From Magallana gigas (lineage: Eukaryota): DNA of 64,000 nucleotides. Below, piece by piece: positions 46,701 to 59,923 of the stretch. The stretch covers positions 22,258,001 to 22,322,000 of the forward strand of contig NC_088853.1 of assembly GCF_963853765.1 (NCBI RefSeq), in the 5' to 3' direction. Position numbers and translations under genes: made by a program. The notes under the pieces are model-generated. The model did no database searches, was not told the origin of the DNA, and saw nothing but the letters and a program-made list of their open reading frames with translations. Every line of letters starts with the position of its first letter. Position 1 is the first letter of the stretch.

Positions 46701-49700
46701 GAATCTATGATATTTAGTACATGTATCTACTAAAGGTGAAACATATCTGGTACTTGGTAATTATCCTTGAATAGAAGGTGTAAGTTTTTAAAAATATTTG
46801 GTTGATCATAATCAATATTTAAAAGCAATTTCTGATTGACATGACAATGTATTATTATTATCTCTTAAAATGCATTCTAAAGGATCTTGTACTTCTACTC
46901 TGTCCCGAGTTTTTGCTTCCATCATTTTTTGCTTGATATTTCGATAATCATAAATACCTTTGTGATCAAACCACGTTCATCCGCTAATATGAAAAATGTC
47001 CAGATTATCTGTTTTAAAACGCTCCTTCTACCGGTTCAGGTTTCAATACACATCCAAAAATAGAAAGACTACGGGATTTTGCATTGCATTAGCCATTAAT
47101 AAGCCCGGATGATAACATTGAAAAATTGCGCGAGGTATCCCGAGTACTTCAAAATGAAGAGAAGATGTAAACATTTCCCATTATAAATCTCCGTAAGAAA
47201 TTTGTTTTCGTTCCTGTGAACTATTATGAGTAAAAAATGATAATTGTTCAATGAAGATATCTTGGATATTTTCCCCCTTTATCGATCTCAACTGTATTGT
47301 ATTTCTTTCACATGTATATGTATTTTTATTAGAAATAATCAAAAAAGGATGGAAGCAATAACATGGGACAGACTATTGTTATAATCTATGAGCATTGTGG
47401 GTAGTGTGTGTATTGTGACTGCATACAGTACCTACACTAGTATGTACAATACGTATGTGTATACTACACTGTACTAATAAGTGTAATGATACGTGCGTAT
47501 TCCACGTACATGTTTTGACGCTGTTTTTACAAAATTGTCTTGCATGCTATGGACTTTATGTTATAATATTGTTTTGTCTGTCATTTGATTTCCTTTTGAC
47601 TGTATGCCAACATAGTGATATCAATAAACCATGAAATTAGATTGAATTTATTTGAACATATTTTATTGTATGAAAAAAGAAATAGGAACAAGAGTTATGT
47701 ACAATCATGTCTACTAGTAATTTGTACTTTTTGAAGAAAATAAATAAATTTGTAACGATTTTCGCCAGGTCATAGATATTTTTGTAATCAAAATTTAAAA
47801 ATTATAATGAAATGACTAAAAAATGACCAAAAATCTATGCACTGAAATAGATTGTAAAAATTTGCAAATTATTTTCTAATATCAAACTTTTTTTTTAAGA
47901 TTGTAAAATATATACATGTACCTAAAATATCTGTGTGCCTGTTTATATGATAAAGTAGGGTTTTTTTCAAAAAATTGTACTTTTGAAGGTTGAAATTTAA
48001 TTTTATATGAATATAATTAAATATTTACTTTGAAGTTCTGTATATTTCTTCATATGTTTTCATTGAAAATCTCTGACATTCAGTTTTCAATAGACCAATC
48101 CACACTTTACAAAAGTGATGTCCCTTGATCGCCATATTTAGGGTTTCTCACAGAAGATCTTAAAGTAGTTTAAAGATAGTTAAAAGGTTTATGACTTTGT
48201 CATTTTGTGGTAGTGTTGATTTTGCGTGTGTTTGTTTATTAAATCAAAAGATCAATATGTGTGTTTAAATAAAATAAAATATGTGTTCATGTTCATGTTG
48301 TTTTCATCAAATCATCATTTCATACTATATTCATCTTCTTCTATTGCATGTTACTATTAATAACTAAACGACCTGATCGACGAGACAGTTGTATGTAAAA
48401 ATATCAACGCATTTGATTGGCCTAGCCACTTTGACGGATCGTGCATTTTATAAAAACCAGTTAACAGGTTCTGAGAGTGACCAGACCAGTTACGGCTCAG
48501 GGCGTAGGCAGAGCATATTCTAGCCACTTACGTACATATAAATAGTTTCATACAGAACGCACAGTAAGTAGTTTTTATCTCCTACTAATATTTCCTCTTT
48601 TGAATGAGTGAATGAATGAATATTTTTATAGTCTGCCTTACGTATATATTAATTTAGTATTCTGATAATTTTACTTTATAAATAATGAAAACGTAATGTT
48701 GAAGTTTACTTGTAACGCTGTATTCTATCCTCTAATATTTCATGTACTTTTTAATTGAAATACGGCACTGTTCCAGGTACTGTATATGTGACAGCTACAT
48801 TGCCCAGATATAGTTAGATTAGATTCAGCTCGATTCCATAAATCGGTACGATATCCTTAGATATGCACATTATTACATTTATATTATATGTAATTCTAGA
48901 GAACTATTTTATAGCCAATTATAGCAAGTAACTGAGTATAAAGTTGCTGATATCCATTTTAAATTATCAAGTTCAATAACATAAACGTAATTATTTTATT
49001 ACCAATGTTAGAGGCTGTGGGACTGTGTGTTTTACTTATATAACAAATACATGTTAGCGTGCAAATGAAATTATTGTTTGTCATATTGTATATTAATATT
49101 TATGTTGATTATTGTAGGGCTGATCCCATATATAATATAGTCCTGGGGTCAGGCAATAAAGTGAGATAACCCACAACCGGACTTGTTTTCCTTTATAAAA
49201 CACCGGCTACAATTTGACAATAAAATTCCCTTTTTCTTGTGTATTTTGATTGCCCCAGGATGAGGCAACCCACACATCGAAGGAATAAATCAAAATTAAA
49301 GAGATTTTAACACAGGACGCCCAAATATTTGGTAGCATAAAGAAGGAACAAGTTGCTGTCCTTTAAAAAAGGACTGCAATACGTGGACCAAATGCATGAG
49401 TTTCCAACGAAAACGTAAAAGCCTTAAGATTATCAGATATTCCACCGACTCTAGCCGCCTACTTTTAACCACTATAAATTTGTATAGCCCTGACTTTTCA
49501 TCTCAGAATTTAAAGGGTTCATACTTCTAAAATAATTATGATCTATATCAATGAAGATTGCATGTAAAGTATCAGGCATTCGGCGAGTTCTACTATTTGC
49601 GCACACATTACGCTTCGCACTACTTTGTTAGCTATGCAGTAACAGCTTTGTGTAAATTGATTTCATATTTTGATGCATTTTTCTTGAGATCTTAACTTTT

Positions 49701-50712
49701 ATAGAGTGACATAATTATTCAATCATCTATTATATACAGACACAAAATTATCCAATCATACTTAAATGCTTAAAAAAAATTTTAATCGGGAAGTACTCTA
49801 GCCTCGCCTTACGGCCTACTATAAAAGTTAAGTTAAGCTACATGTGTATTTGGAAAACAACAAAACATTGCAAATTATGCTATTTGATGCCTGTTGTAGT
49901 TTCGGCATAACATCAACTTATTTCATAATAATGATAGTTCATATCAAATGCTGATGATTTCTTTCAAAGGAATTCTTTGTTTCTGTACTGTTTACCGAAA
50001 ACTTTACATTTACAGCGCCTTTGAACTTATATGTGCATATGGCATGGAATCCCGATCCCGATTCAGATAAACGCGTGCTAGCCTGGTTCCCTGAGCTACT
50101 CATTACGTACGTACAGGAACCAGGCTAGCTAATGCGCAGGCTGAATTTTTCCCATAGCATCCGGTTTAATCTCGCTTATATATTTTCTGCGTGGACCTCA
50201 GGGTCCACGCAAAAAGTTTATTTTTTTCCCTTTTGACCTTTGGGTTGACCCCGGGGAACAACTGGATTAGATTAGTTCTGTAACTCGTCAAACCTGATCA
50301 CGGCTTATGAACACAATTAAACGTCCAAAGGCATTTGGAATATTTATTATTGTACGATGAAATGAAATGTTCAAATGTACAAAACCAATTAGTACTTCTG
50401 AGATATAACCGTTGAATCATATCTTTTCATTAAAAGTTTTCTTGACAAAGTTTCTGGCACTATAGAATCATTTTTAAACGGAGCTCGGACTTTGAGTAGT
50501 TTTGTCAAACAGCAATATGACGTAGTCATGTCTATTTCATTGCTGGCCACTCAGCCATGGCTCATTGAAATCAACAAGATTTGTCTGGTCTGGGTTTTGA
50601 GGTGAGATTACGTAATCTTTGTATATTTCACTTGAAACCAGCGTTGTTTTTAATTTGTTTTGACACACGTAAAAGATAGTTACATCCTACTGAAAGTCCA
50701 AGATCTTGGTAA

Positions 50713-51052
50713 GGTGGCTCACTACAACGTGAAATATTTTCTCAAATCTGCAGAAAATAACTTGATTATGATAGATATCATAATGGATTCTAATGGGCAA
50801 AATATGTGCAATTTTGGATGAAAAATTACATTTTTAAATGCATTTTTAAATGCAATTAACATGAAGAAAATCTCCAGGCGGATTCGAACTCACGATCTGC
50901 GGTTCAGAAGCCCAATACTTTAACCACTGAGATAAGACAATACACAACCCAATTGAACGATATAAACAGTTTTTAAAATTATTAAAACATTTAAATCGCC
51001 ATCTTGTGACGTAGTGTCTTAAAAAGTATAAGTGTAGGTGTAGTGGGGTACC
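50713..51052. mobile_element. 340-bp Kolobok-like MITE containing a tRNA-like segment (50871-50935, minus strand)
   Basis: GTAA-GGTGGCTCACTACA...TGTAGTGGGGTACC-TTAA; internal minus-strand CTCAGTGGTTAAAG (A-box-like) and GTTCGAATCC (B box). Confidence 0.7.
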
Positions 51053-51227
51053 TTAAAATGGTTCGATTTTTAGCCACAGAAGCGAACTTAATAACATAAT
51101 TTAAACCTGTTCCATGTATCATTTAAAATCCTGACAAAGAGCGTATATAATGGCTAAAAAGCGACGACACACATACATTTCAATGAAAAAATCAATTTTT
51201 GCCAACTGGCGAACTTTGTAATCATGC

Positions 51228-51231
<4 letters not shown>

Positions 51232-51309
<78 letters not shown>
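51232..51309. repeat. (TA)n microsatellite
   Basis: Uninterrupted TA run. Confidence 0.98.
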
Positions 51310-51313
<4 letters not shown>

Positions 51314-52123
51314 ATGGACTCGAAAGCCGTCCCATGATATTATAATTTTAATTTAATGAAAAATTGATGCACTGTTTTATCCGAGGATATAAATATGCTG
51401 TGCTATGAGACTAAAGAATACAATCAGTGATCACAGCTCAGTTATATAAAATCAGTACCTAAATTTCGGAAATTACATAGCGTCAGATACTTATACTAGT
51501 ATCTATTTTTACCAAAAGGTACTTTCCATTCAAGCACTGGTAAAACGAAATAATTTGAAAAGCGGTTATACCTCTTTGACTTGTTTCTGACAGTATTTAC
51601 ATCTACATTGTAGAGTTGCCTCGCCCTTGTTTCTTATGTTTAATCACATTAACATGACGTTAACCACAATGTTTTGTATAAACATTGATTGTTAAAATAC
51701 ATAAAGAAAGAAATAGCTGATATGACCACCGCTTCAATGTTGTTTTAAATATCCGTTGACAGTTTAGAAAAAGGCCCCTAAATTGCGATTGAAAAGAAAA
51801 ATGTGAGGTATAAACATGAGGATTTGTTATTGCATAATTATGATGATTCCATATAGAATATTTTTGATTTAGACTGCAATCTGATTGTACATAGCGAATA
51901 TAGAAAAACAATGAGCAGATCGTGGATCTGATTTTAATCAGATTGTTTTAGACTAGCTGCATATAGCAATAAAATTTAATTTTAAGATAATACGGTATCA
52001 TAAATAACAATGGAAAAGAACTTCAAACTTCATTTGTTCATGATCATCAAATATACATATATCCCTGAGTAAATGTCAAATTTTTTTGTTGAAATGCATT
52101 AAAAATCACACGCACCGATATGC

Positions 52124-53251
52124 TCACGCTTTCTTGCTACAATTTTTCAAATTCCACGCTTCATGCAACATTTTAGGGGTCAGTCGGTGTGACGTCACTA
52201 ACTTTTTCGATTGGTACTCACATCCGATTTTCTGGAGGGCGGCGTGAAATCCCGGCAGGTGCGTGGCGTTTAACCCGAGTCTATTCAAACACAGAGACAC
52301 ATACACGTCCTCTAGATAAATGAACGGGACGTCCTTAGAGACTTTATACACTTTCTCCACGACGTTCATACTAGTCACGTAACCCGTACCGGAACAATAT
52401 GGCGGATACAACTTATTGGGGTACATTTCGTAGGTCACTGACCACTTTTCGGTTTTGGACCTGATTGGCTCGCGGCTGAGGTTACAGTATCCCCCGATAC
52501 CTTTCTCTAGCACAGAACTATATTTCGTCACTGCATCCTTCAAGGAATTCAAATTCACAAACATGTCGTCATCTGTTTTCATGAAGAATTTGGCGACCTT
52601 GCACTTGAGACTTGCCCACTTGAAGGCCATCATTGTTTTCAAGGTCAAATTATTATAACTATCTACGAAGTCTTCTTGAATGATGTCACGATAGGTGGCG
52701 CTCTCCGTTTCCAAGGCAACCTGATCCGCGTTGTTTGACGTCGCCCCGAGCAGGAAGGCGTACCTGACGTCACCTGTATTCGATCTCGTATGCGTCAGCC
52801 ATGTTTCTCGGAGCGCCTTCCTCCTGGCTGTGTTTACATGAGTTGTAGAAATGAGCACGATGACCTTGACATCTCTTTTATCGGCCCCGACACTGCATAT
52901 TTCCTCGTTATCCAAAATATAAGTGTAATGATGCGGAAAGCACGAATCGCACACATCCGGGCGTTTAGACACTAACGTCCGGTTTTGTGCGGAAATCCAA
53001 TCGGTTTTGACGATGTTAATCGAATGGGTTGGCGCTTTAGTGGCAAGATTGGAAGTCTGGAAATAAAGCACACGTTTTATATCCGTGTTGACGGTCTTGA
53101 CGATGGGGACTAAACTTTTCAGGTTGTTGTTGATGTACATCAGGTGCATTAAAAGAAGAACTGAGGACGTGGCAAGAACGTAAACAAAGTTCAACATCCC
53201 ACACGGTGTACAGAAAAAACGCCTCAAACGGCGCCACAAATTGAACGCCAT
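52124..53251 (-). CDS. Beta-1,3-galactosyltransferase 1-like (GT31 / Galactosyl_T), single coding exon, 375 aa
   Basis: N-terminal type II anchor (LNFVYVLATSSVLLLMHLMYI), RRKALRETW, DIIQEDFVDSYNNLTLKT, FMKTDDDMFV (DxD), YPPYCSGTGYV, EDVYVSLC. Strong acceptor CCTTTTTTCATTACAG places the exon start at 53321, so non-coding exon(s) lie upstream. Confidence 0.95.
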   Translation of the reverse strand: MAFNLWRRLRRFFCTPCGMLNFVYVLATSSVLLLMHLMYINNNLKSLVPIVKTVNTDIKRVLYFQTSNLATKAPTHSINIVKTDWISAQNRTLVSKRPDVCDSCFPHHYTYILDNEEICSVGADKRDVKVIVLISTTHVNTARRKALRETWLTHTRSNTGDVRYAFLLGATSNNADQVALETESATYRDIIQEDFVDSYNNLTLKTMMAFKWASLKCKVAKFFMKTDDDMFVNLNSLKDAVTKYSSVLEKGIGGYCNLSREPIRSKTEKWSVTYEMYPNKLYPPYCSGTGYVTSMNVVEKVYKVSKDVPFIYLEDVYVSLCLNRLGLNATHLPGFHAALQKIGCEYQSKKLVTSHRLTPKMLHEAWNLKNCSKKA

Positions 53252-54278
53252 GTTTTTACTTTCGTCAGCTTAGAACATCCATTGCGTCATGGAGGAGATG
53301 TTTTACTAACCAGGACATCGGCTGTAATGAAAAAAGGATAGAGTGTTAAATAATTTTCCTTCCTTTTTCCGGTTGTATATAAGTGGCGGATGTACCGATT
53401 GTAAGTTGTAACAAGGGAAGGGGGGGGGGCAGTTATCACTGAATTGTATACTCTTCTTCTTAACATAAAACAATAATAACCAACGTTTAAAACTCAACGA
53501 CAAAATTAAAAAGGCATAACCATTTAAAAATAAACGTTAGAATCTAGGTCTGAAATAACAAAAGCTGGTTTTATGGTTGTTAATACACACATATTTAGCT
53601 CTCCATTATACATATTATACATGTACCATGTTGCACAATGCACAGGAATCTATAGATCTACATTGTAAGTATTAAAAGATTTTTTTGACGTCAGGACCCT
53701 GCGAAAAAGTAATATTCTGAGGAAAACTTAAACGGAAGAACTCATCTTCAATTTAATTTCATTTAAAAAGGAAGTGTTTCTAATTTAGCGATATTTGCAT
53801 TAGTATGGTATGTATAAGTACTGTCTTGTGTACTTACTTAGAACGTACTACATTTTGTAGTGACTCCTCATTTAACAGCTAGCGAGCCCTTCCAATTCAT
53901 CTAGTCATCGATGACACGTGAAATCTCCAGTTACATCTTCAGATCCAAAATCCTTAAGTGAGAGAAAAAAATGTTGTTTATGTTTCCTCCAATACAACGC
54001 CACTGAATTAATTTTAAATGTGTTAAGTGCATGTACATGACTAAGAAGGGAGTACAAAGTACTAGGAAATGGGATGACATACATCGATTCACGTCACTTG
54101 ACACGGAAGAAACTTATAATGTACAACACCGGTTGGGTATCTTAATTTTAATTAATTCACTAAAAGCAAACAATTTAGATTTAGTGATATACATGTAAGC
54201 GTTTTTATAAGGAAACGAATTTACAAGGAAATGAATCACTTAAGAAAATGTTTTTTTAGGGCTGGAGAGTATTTGTAT

Positions 54279-54335
<57 letters not shown>

Positions 54336-54529
54336 TCCGAGTTTTACCGGAAAGGCCGGAGAAGTTTCGGTTGATTTTGCGATTGACCTGTAATTTGGAC
54401 ATGTATTGAAACCTCGAGCTGCCCAAACCATACCGAAAAGCCAGGTAGTCAACAAATTATCCTTCAAAACTTTATCAAAATTTTTGATACGATGTCTGAA
54501 GCCATAAAATTGTTCTTAATGGAGAGAAA

Positions 54530-54716
54530 AAAAGCAAATTTGAGTAGTTTCCTTTATATCGTTATACAGCGCTCTTCTTCTTAAGAAGATAAGTATACTC
54601 TAAAAATGGCCACTAAAAGCAAATTTGTTGACTTCGGAATTTGAGTAGTTTCCTTTATATCGTTATACAGCGCTCTTCTTCTTAAGAAGATAAGAATACT
54701 CTAAAAATGGCCACTA
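54530..54716. repeat. Near-perfect tandem duplication, period 101 bp
   Basis: TTTGAGTAGTTTCCTTTATATCGTTATACAGCGCTCTTCTTCTTAAGAAGATAAG(T/A)ATACTCTAAAAATGGCCACTA at 54539 and 54640. Confidence 0.95.
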
Positions 54717-55874
54717 CCATCCATTCCACTTAAATTAGCTGTGAAACCTTTAAGTGTTCCTTATATTGTCTGACTAATTTGATTTTCTTCCATTCTTTGT
54801 CATACATTTCTAATATTCCGCATTCGGAACTTCTCGTCTTAAGTGACTTACAATGTGCTACGTTCGCAAATTATCGCGCCTTTTCGGCAGAGCTAGGGAA
54901 AACACCTCCCTTTTCTACATAATGGTGTTAGTAGTTGTTACAATTTATCTCATTAAATGTCTAGACAAATCTACACATAGTTGTCTCTTCTGATGTATAT
55001 TTTAGGGATTAATATCAATGAATATAATCAAGTTTGGCTCAAATAACAGAAAATGATAAGTTGTTCTTAATTGTTAATTAGTAAGAGGAGGTGGGGGGTA
55101 ACATGGACGCCAACGAAAGGCCCGAGAGGTTGCGATTGGTTGCTATTGCCACGCTCAAGGCTTCGAATTAGTCTAAGGTGAACATCTGTTGTAGTTATAA
55201 ATTAGTAACCCGGATTATTTTTAAAATGGCTGAATCAGATGTTACATTATACCACGTACTCCAAAACCAACTCGAGACTGTCAAACACAAAAATTAGCTC
55301 GGGTCGCTTCACCTCTAAATATTTTATTCAGGGAGATAGTATTTCTTTAAAAAAATACATGATCAATACTTATTATCATTAGACTAACAACAGTGTAAAA
55401 AGTAAAAGGCAAAGACAGAACTTGAGATTTCAAGCGTATAAGATCGAAACTTATTATTTAAAAAAATTGTAAAAATGTTCTACCTTGCAGTCCGATTCAT
55501 TATTGTTACACGCAAAAACTGAACACAATCGAATGATTTCACATCAGTTTATTCCATGAGTGTATCAATGCGAGGTTGAACAAAGACTGACAGAATTTCT
55601 TATACAATATCTTTTAAATAGAAATTAAATGTCAAATTCCCACGGACGGGATGGAGGTTATTAAAAGTTAAAACAAAGATTAATGTGAAAATGCCTAGCC
55701 TGTTTATAATCTAAAATTTAATTGGAACCAAATATGCCAAGTCCCACAATTTAAGCGATAAGGTATGAAAGATAGCAGGGAGAACTGTCAAAGCCTCCCC
55801 CCATCCATAATTTACATCATTTGCTGACCTTACAAGAATTTGTAGAATTAAATTAAGCTCTTAACGTTAGCACT

Positions 55875-56778
55875 CTATGTTGATACACATGTATTCCCCC
55901 CGGAAGCGCCATTGATAAATATCAGAGTAAATGTCGAAACATTGCGACTATCTCTTTTGTCCTTAGCAGACTTGTTATTTACGTTTGGCGATCCTAAATC
56001 AGTGAGGCCAACATCAGACCCATATCATACCAAATGGCGTCGGAAGCAAATTGAAGGGGGGGGGGGGCTATAGCCAGACCTCTTCAAAACATTTTACAAG
56101 CAAATAAAAAAATGCTTATGTTATGTCTGAATCGGCAAAAATAAAAGTAGAGGAGGGGCTAAATGTAAGCCCCCCCCCCCGTTCCGACTCCTATGAGACC
56201 GGTCTAACATTTTATATCAACCTGTTACATGAAGTCCCACGGTATCGATACTTATAACCGATTTATAAATAAATGTAAGTATAAGGTCAAAACTTATTGT
56301 TAATTATATTATATTTATAGGGTAATAAAACAGCGTAAAAATCTTCTACCTTGCAGTCTGAGTAATTATCTTTTGTATGTTTGCTCATTATGTTGATACA
56401 CGGGTATTTTCCCCCGGAAGCGACATTGACAAATATGATACCAGAGTAAATTTGAAACATTGCGGCTATATCCGTACCTTTGTCCTTAGCAGACTTGTTA
56501 TTCACTTTTGGCAATCCTTAATCAGTGAGGCCGACATCAGACCGATATCATACCAAATGGCGTCGGAAGCAAATTGAAGGGGGGGGGGGGGGGCTAGACA
56601 TCTCCAAAACATTTTACAAGCAGATAAAAAAAATGCTTATGTTATGTCTGACTCGGCAAAAAAAGTTTGGGGGGGGGGGGGTGGGGGGCTTCATGTAAGC
56701 CATGTAGACACCCCCCCCCCCCCTCCTGGCTCCTATGAAACCGGTCTGACATTTGATATCAACCTGTTACATGAAGTC
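55875..56778. repeat. Diverged tandem duplication (period about 520 bp), each unit holding a poly-G MITE
   Basis: 55875-56237 aligns with 56386-56778. Confidence 0.85.
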
Positions 56779-58354
56779 TGATATTCTAGCTTTTTAACAG
56801 CCCAGTCAATCAATAAATAATTATTGAAATATACAGACAATGTTTTATTAAATTACGATAAACGAATATGCCAGTTGCAAAATCAATATTTGAAAAAAAA
56901 AACACCAGATAATTTTCAGCCCAAACAGCCGTCGAATTATATCTGGGGTTTTTTGTTGATTTGCTTCTTTTTTTTAGGGGGGGGGGGGGTATACAAAATA
57001 AATCCTTCATTAATAAGAGATACTGTCAGGGTTTAACTAGAATTTCGGATATGTAGAAACAAGACCCACCCCACTCTACTTAAAAATAGTAGATAGTCTG
57101 TGATCTTCAAAGCGCAGAGATTGTATAACGCAAGAACAAGATCTTTGATTACGAGTTCAGATTCCTTGTGTAAATAAGGTTCAAAACAAGCGGGAAAAGG
57201 ATCTTAAAACTGAACAATGGAGAGCAAATGAGGTCTGGAGTAGTCATGTTCATGCGTAATATTATTTGGAATTCCGATGGAAAATTAAAACTTTTAACCC
57301 TATAGCGAATGCAATAGGAATAAAGGAAATAACAAATTCATGATATACGAGTACATGAAAATCGGTAAATTAAAGTTTTTGTTTGTTTTGGGTGTCATTT
57401 TGTTTTTTGTTGTTGTTATTTTTATTTTATTTTTAGGGGGGGGTCGGGGTTGGGGGTTGTTTTGTTTTGTTGGGGTTTTTTTTGGGTATGTTTGGTTACT
57501 TTTTTGGGGGGTAGGGTTGTTGTTTTTTTGTTTGTTTTTTTTTTGGGGGGGGGGTGTTGCAGGTATTAGAAATATGTTCAGAACAGGGCCGTCAGTTTTT
57601 TTGTGTGGAAATATACCTAATATCGAAAAAGACTGCTAAATTATTTTTTTTATATCTCTTCTGTTAAATAAAATTGAACACTGAGTAAACTGTTTAGTTC
57701 AGCAGTGATAGCTCGCATGTTGATAAAAATCACAATTGTATATCTAATATTGATTTACGGCATCCGTTTTTTTTTTGTTTTTACTGAGTACTATTGCATA
57801 TATTTAAAAAAAAATCAGCCTTTAAATGTTATAGAATGTATTATGACCAAGCTGCAAAATGACATTTCCATCAACAGAAAAAGTTGACTACTTCTGGGGT
57901 CTTAATCGGGGGGGGGGGGGGGAGTGTCATGTCTTCAAGCACTTGTGGACACTTCGTACAAAGTCACTCAGCTGTGTCTAGAATGCATTCTAATTTGCTG
58001 CCATACAATGCAGTATTATGCGTCTTAGACCTGTCGTATCAATAGCTCAATGTATTCTTTCTTTAAAAAAGCGATCTGTCTGGAGAAAATATTCATGACT
58101 CTTAGTTTTTTATATAAATAGAATTTGAGACCGACTTGATTTTTTTCAAATTAATAAGAATCTAACCTCTCCCCATTACACAGCCAGCGATTAAAGAACA
58201 GCATTTTTTTGTAAAAACATTTTCTTTGATAAAAAAAAAATAATAACCTCGTCGTTTCAGAACATTATCACTGACGTTTGCCACTTCACAACAAAACCAG
58301 TCGGGTTTTTTTTCTGGTATCAAATGAATTTTCACAAATTATTGGCGAGATTCC

Positions 58355-58393
<39 letters not shown>

Positions 58394-58475
58394 CATTTTA
58401 CACTTTTGGTCTGTTTCTGAAATATATTCAACTAAAGTTCCCATGAGATGAAGTTTCATTCATTTCGTGACACAA

Positions 58476-58547
<72 letters not shown>

Positions 58548-58824
58548 AGTTTTGTTTAACAGGTCCATCTCTTTACATGTTTTAACACAATATCAATATG
58601 AAGCCAAACAATGTATCCAGCTCAGAAAATCGGGCACCTGCTACATCATGTAAAACCGACGGTGGCGACTTTAGACAATTAGCATTCAGCTGAGCACTGT
58701 TAAAGGACAAAAGTCCCCTAATCAGATGACCAGGGCTTTACATCCTTACCTTGTTTAAGAAGAATAAATGTCCAATCACCCGAAAACTTGTTCCTTATTT
58801 ATCAATAAGCGACCGTATTTTTTC

Positions 58825-58911
58825 GACACATTTCTTTGATAAAACAGAGCAAAGGTACCTATTGTCGGGACACATTTCTTTGATAAAACAGAGCAAAGGT
58901 ACCTATTGTCG
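58825..58911. repeat. Perfect 43-bp direct repeat, two copies, period 44
   Basis: GACACATTTCTTTGATAAAACAGAGCAAAGGTACCTATTGTCG twice. Confidence 0.95.
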
Positions 58912-59047
58912 TGGTTCTCAGTTGAAGTTGATGAGAATCAACCGCTGTACACAATTCGATCGATACCAGAGTCAGAGACCTGTTGCACTTCGGGAAAGAT
59001 TTATTATTAACGAGCAAGGCGTGTTACACAGGCTTAATCGATCAATA

Positions 59048-59092
<45 letters not shown>

Positions 59093-59672
59093 GATGGACA
59101 GAGAGAAAGAAGATTACCAAATTGTTTGTTCCCATTGTTGATGGAGTATGCAGCAGGTTAGAATTACCCTGAACTGCATATATATATATTGGGAGTTTAC
59201 GCATGCATGCACTTTCTACAGGGAGAGCCATTTTTTGAGAGGTTCAATTTACAAGTGACCTAAATCTCAAATCTAAAGATCGAAATTCATTGAATAAAGA
59301 ATGGTTCGCCTACGAAGTCGTTACAGGTATATTATCCTTTGCAATCGGTAGTCTAAAAGGAGATAATGAGACACGTGTTCCTATATTAGAGATACGAATT
59401 TCAGATTGTGATGGAACAAATTTACTCAAGATTGGTGACTGGCCTGACATTTATGATTTTATCTTTAAATCTTTTGACACTCAGGTCCCGAACGGAATGT
59501 CTTTAATTTGTGTTCTTTCATTGTTTACTAGATACAATACTACGTCGGACTGAAAAATTCATAGAGTGGGGGAGAGACAGAGGGATTTTGAAATAGAGAT
59601 TACAAAAATCGTATCGATAAATTATCAAACTGTGGCTCCACTGAGCACTGAGCTTCAAATATTCTTAAAAAT

Positions 59673-59732
<60 letters not shown>

Positions 59733-59871
59733 TCATGAGATAAAGAGAGAGAGAAAATGAGAGCAGGAGGAAATACTGGATGTCCAAGAGAAAATAAAGA
59801 AAAGACGCTGATTACATTTTTTATCGCCTTATCTGTATCTCACTTGAACCTTAAATTAGAATGAGCGCGTG

Positions 59872-59923
<52 letters not shown>

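Noticed and set aside
50871-50935. Functional tRNA gene
   Set aside because: B box is present but acceptor and anticodon stems do not pair; it lies inside a MITE.
55227-55298. 24-aa ORF MAESDVTLYHVLQNQLETVKHKN behind CCAAT/TATA-like motifs
   Set aside because: Too short, no homology recognised, and such motifs are common in TE ends.
57430-57560. G/T-rich tract with G-quadruplex potential and the ORF 57340-57639
   Set aside because: Low-complexity sequence of a kind common throughout this genome; no evidence of function.
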